Below the pieces are notes generated by a model. That model searched no databases. It was not told the DNA's origin and was given only the letters and a program-made list of their open reading frames with translations. From contig VMGC01000003.1 of assembly GCA_007376385.1 (NCBI GenBank), positions 1 to 64,000 on the forward strand: DNA of 64,000 nt, written 5' to 3'. Made by a program: the position numbers and the translations under genes. The stretch is from Parcubacteria group bacterium Gr01-1014_8. Lineage in GTDB: Bacteria > Patescibacteriota > Minisyncoccia > Phycocordibacterales > UBA2100. Positions 29,055 through 38,890 of the stretch are shown in pieces (positions within the stretch are counted from its first letter, which is position 1; every line of letters begins with the position of its first letter).

Positions 29055-30371
29055 CTACTGAAGCTTCTGGTTTGCGATATTCATTTCTTCCAGTTCGATC
29101 TGCACTTCTGCCGGGACCTCCTGGGATGTGTCCTTTTTTAACAATCGGAACGATCCGCCTACGATCGCAACAATTGTCGCGATACCGCCGATTGCAAGAC
29201 CCCAGCGCGCACCAACATATTCGCCGATCCAACCCACAAGCGGCCCTCCAAGCAACGTGCTGCCGGTGATCGCCATTGTCCAGAGCGCCATTACTCGTCC
29301 GCGCATCTCAGGCACGCTTTCCAGTTGAACCATCGTGTTTGCAGAAGAAGACATGTTGATCGAGAACAAGCCGACCAAGATCATGCCACCTATCGCAGAA
29401 ACTAACGTTGGAGCGAGAGCAGTGCCAATGATGGAGATACCGAATAAAAGCCCGAAAATTACAAAGAGATGGGGCGCGACAGTATGTCTGCTTGCAGCAT
29501 ATAGGCCGCCAATTACTGACCCGATGCCAAAAGCCGACATAAGAGCCGCATACGCGCTCACATCGGAAAGAAACGTTTGCTCTGCAAATATCGGGAGACT
29601 TATCTGAAACTCGTACGCGAATGTACCAATAACTGCGATCATTATCAAGATGCCCCGAATACGAGGCATCGATTGTACGTAGCGAAACCCCGCCCGCAAT
29701 TGCCCCGATCTTGTGCCTATGGGTGGCGAGCGATGTAATTCTTTTTCTTTCATCAAAAAGAGCATCCATATGACAGCCACGTAGGTGAATGCATTGAATA
29801 GAAAACAAAATGCGATGCCAGCGGTCGCGATAAGAATTCCTCCGATTGACGGCCCTACTGCTCGCGCAAGATTATTGACCGTTGAATTAAGACTCACAGC
29901 ATTATTCAGGTGTTTCGCATCTACCATTTCAGATACAAACGTCTGACGTGTGGGATTATCAAAGATCCGGATGAGACCCCATACGAAAGCAAACACGAAA
30001 AGCATCCACGTACGCATAGTGCCCGCATACACAAGAACACTCATGCAAAGGGCAAGGATGCCGAGCGCCGCTTGGGTAAGCAGCAATATCTTCCGCTTGT
30101 CGAAGCGATCCGCCACAACACCTCCCCACACACCAAACACTAAGAGCGGGAAAAACTGCGTCGCAACGATCAAACCGAGCTTGCTACCGGACCCAGTAAC
30201 TTGGAGCGCAAGCCATCCAAGAGCGATCAATTGCATCCAGGTACCTGAAAGAGATACCGCCTGACCGATAAAATATAGACGATAATTACGAATAGCGAGC
30301 GACGCAAAAATCCGCCCGAAAAATACCCCGATTTGTCGCATCGTGCCATGATAGCGCACATTCAATCTCAC
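29055..30371 (-). CDS. MFS transporter
   Basis: 12 TM helices, MFS-type loop motif. Confidence 0.8.
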   Translation of the reverse strand: MRLNVRYHGTMRQIGVFFGRIFASLAIRNYRLYFIGQAVSLSGTWMQLIALGWLALQVTGSGSKLGLIVATQFFPLLVFGVWGGVVADRFDKRKILLLTQAALGILALCMSVLVYAGTMRTWMLFVFAFVWGLIRIFDNPTRQTFVSEMVDAKHLNNAVSLNSTVNNLARAVGPSIGGILIATAGIAFCFLFNAFTYVAVIWMLFLMKEKELHRSPPIGTRSGQLRAGFRYVQSMPRIRGILIMIAVIGTFAYEFQISLPIFAEQTFLSDVSAYAALMSAFGIGSVIGGLYAASRHTVAPHLFVIFGLLFGISIIGTALAPTLVSAIGGMILVGLFSINMSSSANTMVQLESVPEMRGRVMALWTMAITGSTLLGGPLVGWIGEYVGARWGLAIGGIATIVAIVGGSFRLLKKDTSQEVPAEVQIELEEMNIANQKLQ

Positions 30372-30403
30372 AGTTCTCTTTCGGAGACTTCCTTAATCTT
30401 TGT

Positions 30404-30474
30404 TGCCAGACTTGGACTCGAACCAAGATACTCGCCTCCAGAGGGCGATGTCCTACCGTTAGACGATCTGGCAA
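30404..30474 (-). tRNA. tRNA-Gln(CUG)
   Basis: Hand-folded cloverleaf: acceptor TGCCAGA/TCTGGCA, anticodon loop CTCTGGA, T-arm CTTGG-TTCGAGT-CCAAG. Confidence 0.8.
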
Positions 30475-30522
30475 TGATGCGGAAATTCCACAACGTGGCT
30501 CACAATAACTGAAATGTGCACG

Positions 30523-31482
30523 TTATTCAATCACACATACCCTCTTGTCTCTGGACAATTTAACCGGTATTTCCGCAATAGACTGGACGCCATCTTTGTC
30601 AAACGTGACACGAAGCAAAAGTCCTGTGCTGACCTCATCGTTCCAATACTGGTCAAACACAAAGTTTCCGAGGGAGTAGTAGATATCTTTGCCGTTATAT
30701 AGTTCGTGCTCCTGAACTATGTGAGGATGGGAGCCAATAACAATTTCCGCCCCCGCGTCTACGAACGAATGTGCGAGCTGCCGCATTGGTTTTGTTGGAG
30801 GCACATATTCCTCGCCCCAATGCGCATACACAACAACCACTCGTTTGCTTTCTGCTTCCGTTCGCACCTGCTCAACAACAGGATTAAGCTCGCCTGCCCC
30901 GTTAGAAGCCGAAAGCTTTCTAACTGGGGTCCAATCGCTCCAATTCACGAATGAGAATGGAATTCCGTTTATTTCTAAGCGCGCAACACGATCTGACTCG
31001 GTGGAGTCCGGATCACCGAAATACTGAATTCCCGCACCATCAAGCCATTTTTTGGTTTGCAACAATCCCTCGCGACTGAAATTCATTATGTGATTATTCC
31101 CAATATTTACGAGAGACATATTATGCCGCTTCAAAAGAGTCGCCGTACTCGTCGAAAATGTAAACGTAACATTTTCAGGCGTGTCTACTTTGCTTCCAAG
31201 ACTCAAAGACGAATGGGTCGTGATCGGACCTTCAAGATTCGCGACAACAACATCCGAGCTCAATAGTGTCTCCCGTATGCAGGAAAACACATGGTCATCC
31301 CCGTTCTCTCGCATTGTTTCGCGAACAGAGCGGTCGAACATCATGTCGCCTCCAAAAAGAATTTGGGCATCTTTTTTTGCTGGCAGAAGTGAAAAAAAGA
31401 CCGCGTGCGGCGCTTCTGCCGGAAGCGGCAACAGACTGCCGAACATGAGGATCGAGAGAAAAAACAGAACCATAACGCACAT
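30523..31482 (-). CDS. CapA-family metallophosphoesterase
   Basis: Signal peptide, metallophosphatase motifs GGDMM, NLEGP, GNNH, HWG, GSHPH. Confidence 0.6.
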   Translation of the reverse strand: MCVMVLFFLSILMFGSLLPLPAEAPHAVFFSLLPAKKDAQILFGGDMMFDRSVRETMRENGDDHVFSCIRETLLSSDVVVANLEGPITTHSSLSLGSKVDTPENVTFTFSTSTATLLKRHNMSLVNIGNNHIMNFSREGLLQTKKWLDGAGIQYFGDPDSTESDRVARLEINGIPFSFVNWSDWTPVRKLSASNGAGELNPVVEQVRTEAESKRVVVVYAHWGEEYVPPTKPMRQLAHSFVDAGAEIVIGSHPHIVQEHELYNGKDIYYSLGNFVFDQYWNDEVSTGLLLRVTFDKDGVQSIAEIPVKLSRDKRVCVIE

Positions 31483-31997
31483 TAAGGATTTGCACCCCGC
31501 AAATCGTGTTTCAAGAATTCTCCTACTTTTCCTTCAGTACTCGCTTTTATGAAACGCTTTACAAGATCTACCATCACAGGAACTTCCAAATAGTCGATGA
31601 TGATCGCAACCCACGCGAGCCAAAGCGGAAGTGCAACAGGAACGGAGCCGATGAGTGATGCAACAACGAATTCGTCACTGATCCAAAAGAGATGCAGCCA
31701 TTGCAAATTAAGAAAAAGCAGATAGACAAGCGCAGAGTAACCCCACTTACTCCTCAGCTCATTGATGTAGACGAACGAGACCGAGATAAGTGCGGGAATT
31801 TCTGTGTAATCAACCAATATAATGAACAGCTGATGAACAGCTGAGAGCGAAAAAAGCGGTACGCCAAATGCTTTCGCCCACACAACCTCTCCGAAAAGCC
31901 ATACGAGATGCGCAATTTGCAACAAAAAAAGACTGAGCGCAATAGATACATTCAAAATATACGTCCGCTCGTACCATGCCCAAAAAACCTTCCACAT
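31482..31997 (-). CDS. hypothetical integral membrane protein
   Basis: 5 TM helices, no domain recognised. Confidence 0.4.
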   Translation of the reverse strand: MWKVFWAWYERTYILNVSIALSLFLLQIAHLVWLFGEVVWAKAFGVPLFSLSAVHQLFIILVDYTEIPALISVSFVYINELRSKWGYSALVYLLFLNLQWLHLFWISDEFVVASLIGSVPVALPLWLAWVAIIIDYLEVPVMVDLVKRFIKASTEGKVGEFLKHDLRGANP

Positions 31998-32032
31998 ATG
32001 ACAATAGTATCACTCACACTTACGGGTGCGGA

Positions 32033-33076
32033 TCAATTAATGTGCGAGAGAGAATGAGGCTTTCCTTCTGCGATAGAAGCATGCGTGATACGGATGAATA
32101 CCGCTTTTTTATGAAATTCCGGGATAGTTTTTGCACCAACGTAACCCATACCTACCTGCAATCCTGAAGCAAGATCAGCGATTATCTCTGAAACAGGTCC
32201 TTTGTACGGAACAAGCGCTTCAACTCCTTCCGGCACAGCTTTACGCCCATGTGTAAAGTAGCGTTCAGCACCTGATGCTCCGGAGATGACCGCTTTAGAG
32301 CCCATGCCGCGATACTCTTTGAATTTTTCACCGCCTTTTTCTACCACCTTCCCTGGCGCCTCGTCAGTACCGGCGAAAAGATTGCCGCCCATCACCGCAG
32401 ATGCTCCTGCTGCAAGCGCCTTTGCGACATCGCCCGATGTTCGGATCCCTCCGTCGGCAATGACCGGGATCTTTTTTTTCTGCGCAACAGAAGCAACATC
32501 AATGATCGCAGAGAGCTGAGGAACGCCAACTCCCGAAATGATCCGCGTCGTGCAGATGGAGCCGGGACCGACTCCGACTTTTACGGCATCCGCAAATTTG
32601 CACGCTTCTTTTGCCGCCTCGGCAGTAGCGATATTGCCAAATATGAGTTTGGAGTGCTTCAGGCCTTTCTTTATCTTCCGTGCGCTATCGAGTACATTCA
32701 GATTGTGTCCGTGCGCGCAGTCAATAACAATCGCGTCACATCCCACATCATCAAGCGCTTTTGCGCGGTCAACGGCAAAAGGACCGCATGCCGCGGCTAC
32801 TTTGACACCAACTTTTTTTACCTCTTTTACCATCTTCACTTGCTCCTCAATTGAACAATTCCGATGCAAGACACCAAGGGCGCCAAGCTTCCCCAGCGCA
32901 ACAGCCATAGCGCTGTCAGTCACCCTGTCCATCGCAGCAGAAATGAACGGCAGCGAGAGATTGATACCGGCGATCTTTGTTTTTAGAGACGCCTCCGATG
33001 GTTCCATCCTGCTAGCGGCAGGACGAATGAGAACGTCGTCGAATGTAAATCCTTTTACGTAAAGCTTTACTCCCAT
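32033..33076 (-). CDS. IMP dehydrogenase/GMP reductase family protein lacking the CBS subdomain
   Basis: [11 protein letters not shown] catalytic loop. 347 aa is too short for GuaB with CBS pair. Confidence 0.75.
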   Translation of the reverse strand: MGVKLYVKGFTFDDVLIRPAASRMEPSEASLKTKIAGINLSLPFISAAMDRVTDSAMAVALGKLGALGVLHRNCSIEEQVKMVKEVKKVGVKVAAACGPFAVDRAKALDDVGCDAIVIDCAHGHNLNVLDSARKIKKGLKHSKLIFGNIATAEAAKEACKFADAVKVGVGPGSICTTRIISGVGVPQLSAIIDVASVAQKKKIPVIADGGIRTSGDVAKALAAGASAVMGGNLFAGTDEAPGKVVEKGGEKFKEYRGMGSKAVISGASGAERYFTHGRKAVPEGVEALVPYKGPVSEIIADLASGLQVGMGYVGAKTIPEFHKKAVFIRITHASIAEGKPHSLSHIN

Positions 33077-33110
33077 GTCCTACCGTAGCACAAATATCGT
33101 GGTTTGTACA

Positions 33111-33863
33111 CTAACGCTTTTTTATTGTTGCGACCACCGCGCAATGGTCGCTGACACCATCTTCAAGAGAGACGTTTGACGCCGTATATGCAGGCGTCGT
33201 AAAAAGCCCGTCGACCATCTTGTCCGCTATCTCATTTCGCTTTGTTCTTGCTGCCCGATGCAGAGTGAGGTCAATACTCGTTTTATATTCGAGTGGAATG
33301 TTGTCTGTGTACCTCCTCGCAAATTCTGAAAATATTTCCCCTCCGCGTGGCGCGTTAAAATCCCCAGTGAGAACAAACTCCCCCGCCGCGTCGAGAATGG
33401 GAAGTAGCGCGGCGAGATCTTTTCTCTGATATTCGTCAGGTTTTCCATTAGGTGTCCAGCCGAAATGTGTCGTTCCTATCGTGTACGATGTATTGCCGGT
33501 ATGAATGGTGCCGAAAAGCACCATTGCGTGCTCGCTTTCAAACTTGCTTTTTGAATCTGGAAAGTCAAATGTTTTAGGAGGAGAGCCAGCTATCCCACGA
33601 TAGTAGTGTACGTGCGTATCCATTGGAAAACGAGATAATATCCCAAGACCAGTTGGCGCAGGATGGCCTTCCGAAGGATGGATACTCATCGGCACAAACG
33701 CAAAGTGCCGCATCGAAAGTGCATCCAGAAATCTCGGAATGTCCGGTTCGCGCAATTCCTGCAGGCAACACACATCAGGCTTTCGTTCTTTCAAAAATGG
33801 AAGAACGGTATCCAAATGGAGCGCTCGCTCAATGTTGAGGGAGACGAGTCGTATGCTCGCCAT
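33111..33863 (-). CDS. endonuclease/exonuclease/phosphatase (EEP) family protein
   Basis: LQELRE, GDFN, SDHCAV motifs. Confidence 0.7.
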   Translation of the reverse strand: MASIRLVSLNIERALHLDTVLPFLKERKPDVCCLQELREPDIPRFLDALSMRHFAFVPMSIHPSEGHPAPTGLGILSRFPMDTHVHYYRGIAGSPPKTFDFPDSKSKFESEHAMVLFGTIHTGNTSYTIGTTHFGWTPNGKPDEYQRKDLAALLPILDAAGEFVLTGDFNAPRGGEIFSEFARRYTDNIPLEYKTSIDLTLHRAARTKRNEIADKMVDGLFTTPAYTASNVSLEDGVSDHCAVVATIKKR

Positions 33864-33866
33864 ACC

Positions 33867-35534
33867 TTACTTCCCTTTCTTGCTAGCCGCTTTGATGAAC
33901 GCCGTAAAGAGAGGGTGCGGAGTAAGCGGCCGAGCACGCAGCTCCGGATGATATTGAGTACCGACGTAGAATGGATGGACATTCTTCGGCAATTCCGCGA
34001 TTTCCATCAAATAGCTCCTGTCCGGCGAGACCCCAGAGAATACAAGTCCTGCTTTTTCCAACTTCTCGACGTACTCCGGATTTATCTCATAGCGGTGGCG
34101 ATGACGTTCTGAAACTTCCTTCACGCCATACGCTTCTCGAACCACCGAACCCTCTTTCAAAAGACAAGGATACGCACCGAGTCTCATAGAGCCTCCATAA
34201 TCGCTACGCGCCAATTTTTCTTTTTGCTCTGGAAGAATATCTATGACCGGATACGGAGTGTTCGGGTTTATTTCCGTCGTATTCGCATTCTCCATGCCGG
34301 CCTTGTGCCTCGCATATTCAATAACGAGCATATGAAGGCCGTAACAGAGACCAAAATATGGAATGTTGTTCTCGCGCGCAAATTTCGCAGCTTGGATCTT
34401 TCCCTCAATCCCAGTCTCACCAAACCCCCCCGGGACTATGATGCCGTCATACTGACTCAATTCCGAGACAGACATCTTTCCGTTTTGAATATCTTTTGCA
34501 TTTATCCATGCAATCTTCGGTTTCACTCCGAGTTCATATGAAGAGAATTTGATGGCTTCAATAACGGAAAGGTAAGCGTCTGAAAGTACAAAATCGCCTG
34601 TATCAAAATATTTCCCGACAATACCGATGTTCACGACATCACGGCCGTTATGCGCATGTTCCGCAAATTTTTTCCATTCATTCAAATCGGATTCACCTCG
34701 TGCGCGTTTTCCGAGAGCTTTCAACAAAATATCGGAGAGGCGGTCACGTTCGAAATTCGACGGCACATCGTAAATAGAATCTACGTCTGGAGCAGAAATT
34801 ATATTATCAGCATGCACGTTGCATGATATCGCCAACTTTTCTTTTCGCTTATGGTCAAGCGGCATACGACTTCGCGCAATAATGATGTCAGGCTGGACTC
34901 CGTATGAGTTCAGCATTCTGACAGCATTTTGAGTTGGCTTGGTTTTCATCTCCCCTACCGTTCCCGGTATCGGCAGATATGACACCATCACGAAAAGAAC
35001 ATTTTCCGGACGTTCAAGGTGCATGACTCGCGCGGCATCGATAAAGAGGGCATTTTGAAAGTCGCCCACTGTTCCACCGATCTCGATCACAGAAACATCG
35101 GACTTTGAGAGTTTTGCCGCACGTTTAAGTCTATCCATTATCTCATCGCGTACATGCGGTATCGCCTCCACACACTTTCCGTCATACCCAAGATTTCTTT
35201 CTCTCTCTATCACTGACTTATAAACCATCCCGCTCGTCATATAATCTTCCGGCCCTAGATCGCGGTCTAAGAATCGCTCATAGTTCCCCATATCTTGGTC
35301 TGTCTCAAGTCCTGAATCGAGCACAAACACCTCTCCGTGCTCTATCGGATTCATCGTACCCGCATCCACATTGAGGTACGGGTCTATTTTTACGAGATTT
35401 ACCAAAAGTCCCCGAGCGGAGAGGATCTTTCCTATGGACGCGGTCGCTATGCCCTTCCCGACGGCTGACATAACACCTCCGATGACGAAGATGTACTTGT
35501 GTCCATCTTTTTTACGCGCACGCGGTGCAGGCAT
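33867..35534 (-). CDS. pyrG: CTP synthase
   Basis: N-terminal synthetase domain and C-terminal class I GATase (GLCYGLHM). Confidence 0.95.
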   Translation of the reverse strand: MPAPRARKKDGHKYIFVIGGVMSAVGKGIATASIGKILSARGLLVNLVKIDPYLNVDAGTMNPIEHGEVFVLDSGLETDQDMGNYERFLDRDLGPEDYMTSGMVYKSVIERERNLGYDGKCVEAIPHVRDEIMDRLKRAAKLSKSDVSVIEIGGTVGDFQNALFIDAARVMHLERPENVLFVMVSYLPIPGTVGEMKTKPTQNAVRMLNSYGVQPDIIIARSRMPLDHKRKEKLAISCNVHADNIISAPDVDSIYDVPSNFERDRLSDILLKALGKRARGESDLNEWKKFAEHAHNGRDVVNIGIVGKYFDTGDFVLSDAYLSVIEAIKFSSYELGVKPKIAWINAKDIQNGKMSVSELSQYDGIIVPGGFGETGIEGKIQAAKFARENNIPYFGLCYGLHMLVIEYARHKAGMENANTTEINPNTPYPVIDILPEQKEKLARSDYGGSMRLGAYPCLLKEGSVVREAYGVKEVSERHRHRYEINPEYVEKLEKAGLVFSGVSPDRSYLMEIAELPKNVHPFYVGTQYHPELRARPLTPHPLFTAFIKAASKKGK

Positions 35535-35629
35535 AGAACTTCGGTCTCTACTCTAACACATTGAATTGTACATGGCACGCTGCTGAAAAATCGACCTACG
35601 CCCTGTGGAGAACAACGCCGAAGGTCAGA

Positions 35630-36571
35630 TCACGACCGCAGATACCTCCTTACTGCCAGATAACTGGAAAGCGCGCCAAGTCCCATACCTACTGCCGTAA
35701 GAACAACAAAAAGGAGTGCGAAATTATCGACATAGTAGGCGAAAGAGTCAAAAGAGCCGAAAAGAACTTCGGAAGACGCATCGAGACCCACCAGTACCGG
35801 GTAAAAGAGAAGGACGGGATACAGAAGCACAAGAACGACGATCGCGGAAATGACGCCATACAATACTCCCGCAATTACGAACGGGCCGCGCACATACCAT
35901 CGGCCGGCGCCTACCAAATTCATAACCCCTATCTCATCTCTCGATGTGTATATGGCAAGCCTTATCGTATTAAATGTTATCAACAATGAAGACAGGGCCA
36001 TGACGATCTCTTTCGCGATGCCGTTCTTTCTCGATGTATCGATTATTTCCGATAGACGATCAATCGCGGTCTTATTTTGGTGATAGTTAACTTTGCTGAT
36101 CGCGGAACCATCTTGCGAGGCCTGCTGCGCTTCGAGAAACTTAGCAACATTCTCATATTGAGACGTCTGTTTCGCCTGAACAGCGAGCGATGCCCCGAGC
36201 GGATTGTCAGTTAATTGGTCAAGCGCTTGTAGAGTCAATTGATCATTTTTGTGCCGCTCGCGAAATTCCGTTAGAGCTTGCTCGCGGCTTGTATACGTCA
36301 CGATCGCAACCTCCGGAAGCGCCTCAAGTGCCTTCTTAATGTTCATAACCTGCTCCTCCGATGCGTTTGTTGCAAAATAAACGTTTACGTCAACTTTTTC
36401 CGTAAGCTGACGGAGAGTCTCATTCATCGCCGCATCGGAAATTATTACATTGGTGAGCACAAATAACGTGACGCTCATCATGAGAACGGCACTGAACGAC
36501 ACGAACCCATTGCGGATGAATCCGATCAATCCATATCGCGCGACTCTTTTTGTTGTTACCCAAGACGACAT
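35630..36571 (-). CDS. ftsX: cell division ABC transporter permease FtsX
   Basis: TM1, large extracytoplasmic loop, 3 C-terminal TM helices. Immediately downstream of ftsE. Confidence 0.8.
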   Translation of the reverse strand: MSSWVTTKRVARYGLIGFIRNGFVSFSAVLMMSVTLFVLTNVIISDAAMNETLRQLTEKVDVNVYFATNASEEQVMNIKKALEALPEVAIVTYTSREQALTEFRERHKNDQLTLQALDQLTDNPLGASLAVQAKQTSQYENVAKFLEAQQASQDGSAISKVNYHQNKTAIDRLSEIIDTSRKNGIAKEIVMALSSLLITFNTIRLAIYTSRDEIGVMNLVGAGRWYVRGPFVIAGVLYGVISAIVVLVLLYPVLLFYPVLVGLDASSEVLFGSFDSFAYYVDNFALLFVVLTAVGMGLGALSSYLAVRRYLRS

Positions 36572-36580
36572 ATATGCATT

Positions 36581-37270
36581 CTACAGTATGTATTTTCCTT
36601 GTTTGTCATCGCGTACCACTCTTCCCAGCTCAAGCGTTACAACGCGGCGTCCTACATTATCAACAACTGATTTATTGTGCGTTGTGAGGAGCACTGTCGT
36701 GCCAAGATCGTTGATCTTTTTCAAGATTTCCACGACATCGTGAGTGTTTATCGGATCGAGATTTCCTGTTGGCTCATCTGCGATGAGAACATCGGGTTGA
36801 TTCACGAGCGCGCGAGCGATGGCAACACGCTGTTGTTCGCCTCCCGAAAGCTCTTTGGGAAAGTTCCACATTTTTTCCGAGAGGCCTACAAGGTCGAGAA
36901 CATGCGGGACATCGGCTTGAATATCTTCGTCAGTTCTGCCCGAGACTTCCATCGCGAACGCGACATTCTCATACACATTTTTCGTCGGCAACAGCCTGAA
37001 GTCCTGAAATATCGTGCCGATGCTTCGACGAAGTTCGAGCAATTCTTTATCGCTGAGACCTGCTATTTCGCGTGAGCCGAAATAGACCGCGCCTTCAGTC
37101 GGAAATACCTCTGCAAAAAGCATCTTTAAGAGGGTTGTTTTCCCTGCACCCGAGTGTCCGACTATCGAAACGAACTCTCCCGGTTCTATTTGGAGTGTAA
37201 TGTCCTCTACTGCTGCTCTTCCTCCATTGTAAAATTTCGTGACTTTGTCGTAATAGATCATGGTAGACAA
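36581..37270 (-). CDS. ftsE: cell division ATP-binding protein FtsE
   Basis: Walker [10 protein letters not shown], signature [15 protein letters not shown]. Confidence 0.9.
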   Translation of the reverse strand: MSTMIYYDKVTKFYNGGRAAVEDITLQIEPGEFVSIVGHSGAGKTTLLKMLFAEVFPTEGAVYFGSREIAGLSDKELLELRRSIGTIFQDFRLLPTKNVYENVAFAMEVSGRTDEDIQADVPHVLDLVGLSEKMWNFPKELSGGEQQRVAIARALVNQPDVLIADEPTGNLDPINTHDVVEILKKINDLGTTVLLTTHNKSVVDNVGRRVVTLELGRVVRDDKQGKYIL

Positions 37271-37353
37271 GCGCTTAAGCTTACTTAAAGACGTTACCTC
37301 AGACCTCCTTTCGTTTCCGGACTTTCAACCAATGTGAGCCATTATACCCTGTC

Positions 37354-38238
37354 CTAGCGGGCATCCAAGGACTTTTCTGCATCAATGAAGGATTGTATGT
37401 CCCCTCCGAGCACTTTTTCAACGTCCCTGCGTTCATGCTCCGTTCTGTGGTCCTTCACCAATTGATATGGATGGAGCGTGTATGAACGGATCTGACTTCC
37501 CCATTCTATCTTTGTCGAAGTGCCTGCCGAAAGTCCTCGCGCCTCCTTATCTTGTGCTTCTTGCCGCATTTTAAACAGTTTCCCTCGAAGCATTTCAAGC
37601 GCTTTTTCTCGATTTTGGAGTTGACTCCTCTCGCTCGTGACATGCACGGAGATTCCAGTCGGTTTATGTGTCATTCGCACCGCCGTGTCCCGCTTGTTCA
37701 CATTTTGTCCGCCTGGACCACCTGAACGTGCAACGGTAATTTCAAGCTCTTGCTCAGGAATGTGCGATTCGCCGACATCGGGTAATTTCGGCAATATCTC
37801 AACTAACGAAAAAGAAGTTTGCCTCTTACCTGCAGAATTAAACGGGGACATGCGGACGAGTCTATGAACGCCTGCCTCTCTTTTTAAAGCTCCGAAAACA
37901 CCGGAGCCCGCTATCTCAAACGAGACGCTTCGGTATCCTCCCATTGTATTTTGATTTGAATCAATAAGTCCTGCCTGCCATCCTTTAGATGCCGCATACT
38001 TTCCATACATTTCAAAAAGAATGCGCGAGAAATCCTCCGCATCGTCTCCCCCAGCTCCAGAAACTATCGACACTATCGCATCCCCTTTGTCGTAGCCTTC
38101 ACTCCCTGCAAGCTGTTGTTTCAAATGTTGATACTCCTTCAATATTTCCTGCGCTTTATCTTTATTGCTCCAAAAGTCCGGCGCTCTCATCGCTGTCTCA
38201 ATATCCCCAATTCTTTTTTCGATAAGTTCTTTTTGCAT
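37354..38238 (-). CDS. prfB: peptide chain release factor 2 (short form, no programmed frameshift)
   Basis: SPF tripeptide ([15 protein letters not shown]) and GGQ motif ([11 protein letters not shown]). Single continuous 294 aa frame. Confidence 0.85.
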   Translation of the reverse strand: MQKELIEKRIGDIETAMRAPDFWSNKDKAQEILKEYQHLKQQLAGSEGYDKGDAIVSIVSGAGGDDAEDFSRILFEMYGKYAASKGWQAGLIDSNQNTMGGYRSVSFEIAGSGVFGALKREAGVHRLVRMSPFNSAGKRQTSFSLVEILPKLPDVGESHIPEQELEITVARSGGPGGQNVNKRDTAVRMTHKPTGISVHVTSERSQLQNREKALEMLRGKLFKMRQEAQDKEARGLSAGTSTKIEWGSQIRSYTLHPYQLVKDHRTEHERRDVEKVLGGDIQSFIDAEKSLDAR

Positions 38239-38239
38239 A

Positions 38240-38315
38240 TGGAGCCACCTCCCGGGCTTGAACCGGGGACCTACCCCTTACGAAGGGGTTGCTCTACCAA
38301 CTGAGCTAAGGTGGC
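38240..38315 (-). tRNA. tRNA-Thr(CGU)
   Basis: Cloverleaf GCCACCT...AGGTGGC, anticodon loop TTCGTAA, T-arm CCCGG-TTCAAGC-CCGGG, encoded CCA. Abuts the prfB start codon. Confidence 0.85.
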
Positions 38316-38372
38316 GCAGGCCAATCCTACGGCAATATAGCCACATTTTCAACGCAAACACTTTATACACCG

Positions 38373-38708
38373 TTGACACCGTATCCGATTGTACTCGGTT
38401 ATACTTACTATATGACTGATCGTAGTCGTATTAGACCTCTCGAACAAAAACATGCATATAAGTTTGGTGATCTGGTTCGCTTAAGCTCCACAATTCCAGG
38501 ATCAGTGCTACCACTTGTAACAGATCGCTTCCAGCCTGGAAAACCATACCGCGTCGTAGCAGTAAAAGAGCCGATGATCTACCTTATGCACCCAAACATC
38601 GAATTGAACCGTGCTATCAATTTTAATCCTGATACTGATGTAGATAAGCCACGGTACGGATTTATCAGAAACATCGGCATCAACCTTATTGAGCCGATGC
38701 CCAACTGA
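38373..38708 (+). CDS. hypothetical protein (111 aa) flanked by a tRNA-Thr and a partial duplicate of it
   Basis: ORF only, no recognisable motif. Only plus-strand ORF in a minus-strand block. Confidence 0.35.
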   Translation: MTPYPIVLGYTYYMTDRSRIRPLEQKHAYKFGDLVRLSSTIPGSVLPLVTDRFQPGKPYRVVAVKEPMIYLMHPNIELNRAINFNPDTDVDKPRYGFIRNIGINLIEPMPN

Positions 38709-38782
38709 CAAAGCGGAGCACCTCCACCCTCAGTCACAGGATGAGTTTTAATACACCGTCTTTTCTTTCTCATGAGCCACCA

Positions 38783-38850
38783 TCCCATAAGGACCGCCCG
38801 CTCAACTGAGCTAAGGCGGCAACTTCGTTATCCTACGGCAGATTGGACTA
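38783..38850 (-). pseudogene. tRNA-Thr-derived fragment (internally deleted duplicate including upstream flank)
   Basis: caactgagctaaggcggc matches the tRNA-Thr 5' half (1 mismatch over 18 nt) and the downstream flank atcctacggca matches exactly. The reverse complement keeps ends GCCGCCTTAGCTCAGTTG...GGTGGCTCA but lacks the anticodon arm. Confidence 0.5.
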
Positions 38851-38890
38851 ATTTCCAATTTTCGGAACAGAGACTTTCAATTGGTCTTAT

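Noticed and set aside
37354-38238. Programmed +1 frameshift site in prfB
   Set aside because: There is no upstream short ORF, since tRNA-Thr occupies that position, and no CUU UGA C motif. RF2 here is encoded in one frame.
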